Under the pieces are notes generated by a model. That model did not search any database, was not told the DNA's origin, and saw nothing but the letters and a program-made list of their open reading frames with translations. Below, piece by piece: positions 58,812 to 64,000 of a stretch of 64,000 bases of DNA (positions are counted from its first letter, which is position 1; each line of letters begins with the position of its first letter). A program made the translations under genes and the position numbers. Location of the stretch: contig CAVSNY010000006.1 in NCBI GenBank assembly GCA_963729605.1, positions 288,001-352,000 of the forward strand, given 5' to 3'. The DNA comes from an uncultured Gammaproteobacteria bacterium. GTDB lineage: Bacteria > Pseudomonadota > Gammaproteobacteria > DRLM01.

Positions 58812-59644
58812 ATGAAGAACGTAGACATCGCCTTTATCGGCGGCGGCAATATGGCGCGCAGCCTGATCGGCGGCCTGATCGCCGACGGCGTCAAACCCGC
58901 GCGCATTTGGGTGGCGGACCCCAATCCGGCGAGCCTCAGCGACCATCAAAACCACTTTGGCGTGCGCACCACCGCCGACAATTCCCAGGCGGCCCGGCAG
59001 GCGCAAGTGATCGTGCTGGCGGTAAAACCGCAAGTGGCCAAAGCCGCGGCGCAGTCCTTGGCCGGCGTGTTGCGCGAACGGCCGGCGCTGGTCATCTCGG
59101 TGGCGGCGGGCATCCGTATAACCCACCTGCGGGACTGGCTGGGGGAAGAGACCGCGATCGTGCGCTGCATGCCCAACACCCCGGCGCTGGTGGGCAGCGG
59201 CGCCACCGCCTTATTCGCCAACCCCCATGTCACGCGCGAACAAAAGGATCTGGCCGAATCCATTCTGCGCGCGGTGGGCATGACGCTGTGGGTGGACGAT
59301 GAAGATTTGATGGACGCGGTCACCGCTCTCTCGGGCAGCGGACCGGCCTATTTCTTTTTGGTGATGGAAGCCATGGAGCAGGCCGGCGTTGCGCTGGGTC
59401 TGCCGCGACAAACCGCGCGCCTGCTGACCTTGCAGACCGCCTTCGGCGCCGCCAAGATGGCGCTGGAAAGCACCGAGGACGTGGCCGCGTTGCGGCGCCG
59501 GGTCACCTCGCCGGGGGCACCACCGAGCAGGCCATCAGGGTATTGGAAGAACACGGGCTCGCCGCCGGCTTTGACCAGGCATTGCGCGCCGCCCGGCAAC
59601 GCTCGATCGAATTGGCCAGTCTGTTCGGAGGGGAAAAACAATAA
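58812..59644 (+). CDS. proC: Pyrroline-5-carboxylate reductase with an apparent 1-nt frameshift in a G5 run
   Basis: FIGGGNMA, AVKPQ, RCMPNTP, SGSGPAY, VTSPG; restoring one G at 59513-59517 gives TSPGGTTEQA...GEKQ* ending TAA 59642-59644. Confidence 0.88.
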
Positions 59645-60219
59645 TGGAGAACCAGTATTTGGCGGCCTCCGCGGTCTTTTTGATCAACACGGTATTCGGT
59701 CTGTATTTATTCGCGGTGATGCTGCGGCTGTTGCTGCAATGGGCGCGCGCGGATTTTTACAATCCCATCTCGCAATTCCTGGTGAAGGTCACCAATCCGC
59801 CGCTGCGGCCCTTGCGGCGCATCATCCCCGGTTGGGGCGGTATCGATTTCGCGTCCATATTCTTGCTGATCGTACTGCAAATGCTGGAAATCTTTTTGGC
59901 GAACATGGTGCTGGGCCGCGCCATGCCCTTGAGCGGCTTGTTCGTCACCTCGGTGGCCGAACTGCTCAATCTATTGTTGAACATTTTCCTCATCGCGATC
60001 TTGGTGCAAGTCGTCATGAGCTGGGTCTCGCCGAATACGCATAATCCCGCCACCGTCCTGCTCCATCGTCTCACCGAACCGGTGCTGGCGCCGGCCCGCC
60101 GCATCATCCCGCCCATCTCCGGCGTCGATCTCTCGCCCTTGGTGGTGCTGGTGGTCTTTCAGCTCATCAAATTCCTGCTCATCGCCCCGCTGGTGGACAT
60201 CGGCCATCGCATGGCGTGA
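59644..60219 (+). CDS. yggT: YggT-family membrane protein
   Basis: RADFYNPISQF...TNPPLRPLRRIIP, DLSP; two YGGT repeats. Confidence 0.93.
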   Translation: MENQYLAASAVFLINTVFGLYLFAVMLRLLLQWARADFYNPISQFLVKVTNPPLRPLRRIIPGWGGIDFASIFLLIVLQMLEIFLANMVLGRAMPLSGLFVTSVAELLNLLLNIFLIAILVQVVMSWVSPNTHNPATVLLHRLTEPVLAPARRIIPPISGVDLSPLVVLVVFQLIKFLLIAPLVDIGHRMA

Positions 60220-60244
60220 GGAATGAATCTGGAAAGCCATTGAC

Positions 60245-60315
60245 CACGGAGAAACGGGATTCGACCGGCGTACTCGCCCAAGGCCGCCCCGTGCTGATTC
60301 TCCGCGTCCTCCGCG
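60245..60315. repeat. CACGGAG...CTCCGYGTCCTCCGYG intergenic inverted-repeat element
   Basis: Left arm CACGGAGAAACGGG, right arm CTCCGCGTCCTCCGCG; related copies at 62917-63011, 30811, 51000. Confidence 0.5.
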
Positions 60316-60333
60316 GCATCTACGATTTTTAGG

Positions 60334-60633
60334 ATGAGCGCGCCCTGGTACCGGTGGGACGGCGACGATTTGATCCTGCATCTTCGCATCCAGCCGCGCG
60401 CGGCTAAAACCGAGCTGGCCGGCCCGCACGGCGATCGTTTGAAGGTTCGGATCACCGCCCCGCCGGTGGACGGCAAGGCCAACGAGGCGCTCATCGCCCT
60501 GTTCGGCGAACTGTGCTGCGTGGCCAAATCCCGCGTCACCCTGCTCGCGGGCGCCGGCGGGCGGGAAAAGTCCCTGCGCATCCACGCACCCCGCCGATTG
60601 CCGGACGGCGTCATCCCCTCCACCCCCTCTTAA
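60334..60633 (+). CDS. yggU: DUF167 (UPF0235) protein
   Basis: IQPRA, APPVDGKAN; synteny after yggT. Confidence 0.9.
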   Translation: MSAPWYRWDGDDLILHLRIQPRAAKTELAGPHGDRLKVRITAPPVDGKANEALIALFGELCCVAKSRVTLLAGAGGREKSLRIHAPRRLPDGVIPSTPS

Positions 60634-60829
60634 ATACCTTTCCTTCTCCTCAACTGGCGGGGGACGGGGCCGATACCCAGGCACGAATCATCGATCGCAC
60701 TCCGGCACCCCGTCACATTGTGATGTTATCGAGCGTGTCCTCGGGTCGCGCGCGCTAAAGGCCGATGAGGAATGACCGATACTCCCTTAGGGATTTGCAT
60801 CCCGCAGTGTCGTCTTGGAGAAGACAAAT

Positions 60830-62848
60830 ATGCTCGCAAGGGTGGATAACGAAGCGGAAAAACAGGGCCATTTCAAGGATCAGATGCGGGCCTACGACCG
60901 CTGGAAGGCCGAGGTCGCCCACGCTATTGAGGAATACAGGCAGTGGCTGGAAGACCACCGCATGGGGACCCCGGAAATCGAACTGCGTATCCACGACAGT
61001 ATCGAAAGTCTGCGCGGCGACCGGCTGGTGATCGCCTTCGTCGCGGAATTTTCGCGCGGCAAGACCGAGCTGATCAACGCGATTTTCTTCTCCGATTATC
61101 AACGCCGCCTGCTGCCTTCCGACGCGGGCCGCACCACCATGTGCCCGACCGAGTTGTTTTACGATCAGCAGAGCGACGAGGCGTATATTCGCCTGCTGCC
61201 CATCGAAACCCGCTTGGAAGACATCAGCATCTCCGAATTCAAGAAGCAGCCCGAACGCTGGACCACCATCTCTCTCGACGTCAATTCACCCGACCAAATG
61301 GCCGAATCGTTGCGCGAGGTGGTCAAGGTCAAACGCGTATCGGTGGACGACGCCAAGAAACTCGGCCTCTACACCGAGGAATTGCACAACCACTTCAAAG
61401 ACGATGACGACATCGTTACCCACTTGGATATCCCGATGTGGCGTCACGCGTTGATCAGTTTCCCGCACCCCTTGTTGCAGCAAGGGCTGTCCATCCTCGA
61501 CACCCCCGGCCTCAACGCCCTCGGCAGCGAGCCGGAACTGACCTTGAGCATGTTGCCCAACGCCCATGCGGTGCTGTTCGTTCTGGCCGCCGACACCGGC
61601 GTGACCCGCAGCGACATGGACATGTGGCAGTTCCACATCAAGACCTACCGCAAAAACGGCCACAAGGGGCTGGTGGCGGCGCTCAACAAGATCGACACCT
61701 TGTGGGACGAGATGAAAAAACCGGAAGAAGTGGACGAGTCGGTCCGTCATCAATGCGCCGAAACCGCGCGGCTGCTGGGCATCGAACCCGGCAGTGTCTT
61801 TCCGGTGTCCGCGCAAAAGGCCCTGGTGGGCAAGATCCGCAAGGACCATGCGCTGCTCGCCAAGAGCCGCTTGTTGGATTTGGAAAGTTATTTGGCGGAT
61901 AAAATTTTACCGGCCAAACAAGTCATCGTCCGCGACACCATCGTCGGCGCCATCGATCAGATGATCTCCGGCTCGCGGCAGATGGTGACTCAACGGCTGG
62001 AGGCGGCGCAAACCCAACTGAGTGAATTGCGTTCCTTGAGCGGACGCAACGCCGACGTCATCACCGGGCTGATGCGCAAGACCCGCGAACGGCAGGCCGC
62101 CTACAATAAAAACATGGAGAGCTTTCAAGCCAGCCGCCGCATCCTGGCGCAACATTCCAAATCCATGCTCGACGCGCTGAGCATCAAGTCCGTCGACGAC
62201 CTGGTGGCGACCACCCGCAAAGACATGGAAGGCAGTTGGACCACCGGCGGCATGAAGGGCGGCATGAAAACCTTCTTCGACGGCGCTCGCGATACCATGC
62301 AACATGTCGGCACCCTCGCCGAACAGACCCAAAACGTGGTGCAGGCGATTTACCGCAAATTTCACGAGGAGCACGGTCTGCCGATCGGCGAGCTCAAGAC
62401 CTATTCGCTAAAAAAATACCGCATCGAACTGGAACGGCTTTACGAAGAGGCGGAAACCTTCCGCAACAGTCCGATCACCACCATGACGGAACAACATTTC
62501 GTCATCAAGAAATTCTTCATCTCATTGGTGAGCCACGTCCGCCATTTATTCATGAAGGCCAATCGCGAGACCGACGCCTGGCTGAAGGGCATTTTGATCC
62601 CGCTGGTGCGGCAGGTGAACGAGAACAAACAACAACTCGATCAGCATCTGGAAACCCTGTGCAAGATCAATGAATCGCGCGACGGACTCGACAGTAAAAT
62701 CCGCGAGCTGGAGAAACGCTGCACCTTGCTGGAACGCGAACGCGACACCCTCAGCCACATCATCGAACGCCTGCACACCCCGCTCCCCGCCGCCGTGCAC
62801 ACGCCGGACGCCGGCGACGAGGCGCGGGTGACGCGCGCGGCGGGCTGA
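60830..62848 (+). CDS. Bacterial dynamin-like GTPase
   Basis: AEFSRGKTELIN (G1), RTTMCPT (G2), DTPG (G3), NKID (G4), PVSA; long helical/coiled-coil C-terminus; start could be 60815. Confidence 0.82.
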   Translation: MLARVDNEAEKQGHFKDQMRAYDRWKAEVAHAIEEYRQWLEDHRMGTPEIELRIHDSIESLRGDRLVIAFVAEFSRGKTELINAIFFSDYQRRLLPSDAGRTTMCPTELFYDQQSDEAYIRLLPIETRLEDISISEFKKQPERWTTISLDVNSPDQMAESLREVVKVKRVSVDDAKKLGLYTEELHNHFKDDDDIVTHLDIPMWRHALISFPHPLLQQGLSILDTPGLNALGSEPELTLSMLPNAHAVLFVLAADTGVTRSDMDMWQFHIKTYRKNGHKGLVAALNKIDTLWDEMKKPEEVDESVRHQCAETARLLGIEPGSVFPVSAQKALVGKIRKDHALLAKSRLLDLESYLADKILPAKQVIVRDTIVGAIDQMISGSRQMVTQRLEAAQTQLSELRSLSGRNADVITGLMRKTRERQAAYNKNMESFQASRRILAQHSKSMLDALSIKSVDDLVATTRKDMEGSWTTGGMKGGMKTFFDGARDTMQHVGTLAEQTQNVVQAIYRKFHEEHGLPIGELKTYSLKKYRIELERLYEEAETFRNSPITTMTEQHFVIKKFFISLVSHVRHLFMKANRETDAWLKGILIPLVRQVNENKQQLDQHLETLCKINESRDGLDSKIRELEKRCTLLERERDTLSHIIERLHTPLPAAVHTPDAGDEARVTRAAG

Positions 62849-62916
62849 GTCGAACCCCGCCGCGTTTTCACGGGAACGGTCTATTTAATCGAATTAAATC
62901 AGAACAAAAAATTAAT

Positions 62917-63011
62917 CACGGAGGAGCATCGAGGACGCGCCCTGCGTCGAAATCATCCTATAGTGAATGCGCCGCATGCCTCGACAATTCTCATTCTCCG
63001 TGTCCTCCGTG
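62917..63011. repeat. CACGGAG...CTCCGTGTCCTCCGTG intergenic element
   Basis: Second copy of the element at 60245-60315, between convergent genes. Confidence 0.5.
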
Positions 63012-63102
63012 ATTCGCATCCGCGGGTTTTTAAGTTTAATGCGCGAGACATCAACCGCCACTACGCCGATTCGGCGCTTCACCATTCACCCCGCAAACGC
63101 CG

Positions 63103-63876
63103 TTAAATTTCGCCGTGGTATTCCATGATCAGCGGTGCGTGATCGGAAAACCACTGTTCTTTATAAATCGCCGCCGAGATGATTTTTTCTTTTAGGCGCG
63201 GATTGACCATGTGGTAATCGATGCGCCATCCCACATTTTTTTCCCGGGCGCGGCCGCGATTCGACCACCAGGTGTATTGCTCGGCGGCCTCGTTGACGGC
63301 GCGGAACGCGTCGATCCAGCCGACTTGTTCGAACACATGATCCAGCCAGGCCCGCTCCTCCGGTAAAAAACCGGAGTTCTTTTGATTGGAACGCCAGTTC
63401 TTCAAGTCGATGGGTTTATGCGCGATGTTCCAATCGCCGCAGATGATGTAGTCGCGATCGCTGTCGCGCAATTGTTGCAGCACCGTGAGAAAACGCGCCA
63501 TCACGTCGAACTTCACCGCCTGCCGCTCCGGGCCGCTCGAGCCCGAAGGCAGATACAAGGACACCACGCTGAGATTGCCGAAATCCACTTGCAGGTAACG
63601 GCCCTCGGCATCCACGTCGGGCCAGCCCAGGCCGACCTGCACGCGGTCCGGTTCGCGCCGGCAATAGACCGCCACCCCGCTGTAGCCCTTCTTCTGCGCA
63701 TCGTGGAAATAACCGTAATAACCCGGCGGGCGCAACACCTCGGGCCCGAGCTGATGCACTTGCGCCTTGGTTTCCTGGAGGCAGACCACGTCGGCGTCCT
63801 GCTTGAGCATCCAGTCGAAAAAACCCTTGCCGGCCGCGGAGCGGATCCCGTTCAGATTGGCGGTGATGATCTTCAT
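63103..63876 (-). CDS. xth: Exodeoxyribonuclease III-family AP endonuclease (Crc-syntenic)
   Basis: ANLNGIR, LQETK, GYSGV, YLPSG, GDWNIAH, GWRIDY, SDHAP; start trimmed to ATG 63876. Confidence 0.88.
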   Translation of the reverse strand: MKIITANLNGIRSAAGKGFFDWMLKQDADVVCLQETKAQVHQLGPEVLRPPGYYGYFHDAQKKGYSGVAVYCRREPDRVQVGLGWPDVDAEGRYLQVDFGNLSVVSLYLPSGSSGPERQAVKFDVMARFLTVLQQLRDSDRDYIICGDWNIAHKPIDLKNWRSNQKNSGFLPEERAWLDHVFEQVGWIDAFRAVNEAAEQYTWWSNRGRAREKNVGWRIDYHMVNPRLKEKIISAAIYKEQWFSDHAPLIMEYHGEI

Positions 63877-63980
63877 AAAACTGTTCCGTGGGCGGTGACA
63901 AAGCCGGCGAGTGTAACAAAAACGTATCCGGCCGGGCGCGGCGCGTTTCCCTCGCGAGAAGGAATCGTTACAATGACGCC

Positions 63981-64000
63981 ATGCTGCCATATCAAAAAGA
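63981..64000 (+). CDS. pyrE: Probable start of orotate phosphoribosyltransferase (runs off window)
   Basis: ATG CTG CCA TAT CAA AAA = MLPYQK, like PyrE N-termini; divergent from the xth/crc-like gene as in known synteny; only 6 codons visible. Confidence 0.5.

Noticed and set aside
58587-60044. 485-aa ORF suggesting a novel ProC fusion
   Set aside because: Explained by an upstream in-frame extension plus the G5 frameshift reading out of frame over yggT

Overview
GC-rich gammaproteobacterial chromosome segment; the exact taxon cannot be determined from the sequence. 1-26.7 kb (minus strand) is the core translation/transcription supercluster: part of the spc operon, the S10 operon, the str operon, rpoBC, rplKAJL, nusG-secE, two tuf copies and four tRNAs. 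26.7-35.5 kb holds housekeeping and metabolic genes: an APS kinase fused to a degenerate ATP-sulfurylase domain, galE, ygiM, ilvD, a PaaK-like ligase and a small IS5-type MITE. 35.5-48.6 kb is a ~13 kb, visibly lower-GC accessory island bounded by an imperfect ~33 bp direct repeat, with no integrase. It encodes two Crp/Fnr-family regulators, a pseudo-REC/PAS/GGDEF/EAL protein, a DUF3494 ice-binding-like Ig-repeat lipoprotein, a beta-barrel with tandem OmpA-like domains, and BON, PRC-barrel, Cfa-like and lmo0937-like proteins. Six of its promoter regions share an oriented 16-bp palindrome, TGTKCG-NYAS-CGWACN, several at class II Crp spacing, which suggests a self-contained regulon. 48.6-64 kb returns to core genes (ttcA, argA, ptsP, rppH, HAD hydrolase, BtuCD-like, pilT, yggS-proC-yggT-yggU, a dynamin-like GTPase, xth/crc-like, start of pyrE). 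Between argA and ptsP lies an unannotated ~280 nt structured candidate ncRNA with its own promoter and terminator. Two single-base homopolymer frameshifts (second Crp gene, proC) may be assembly errors.
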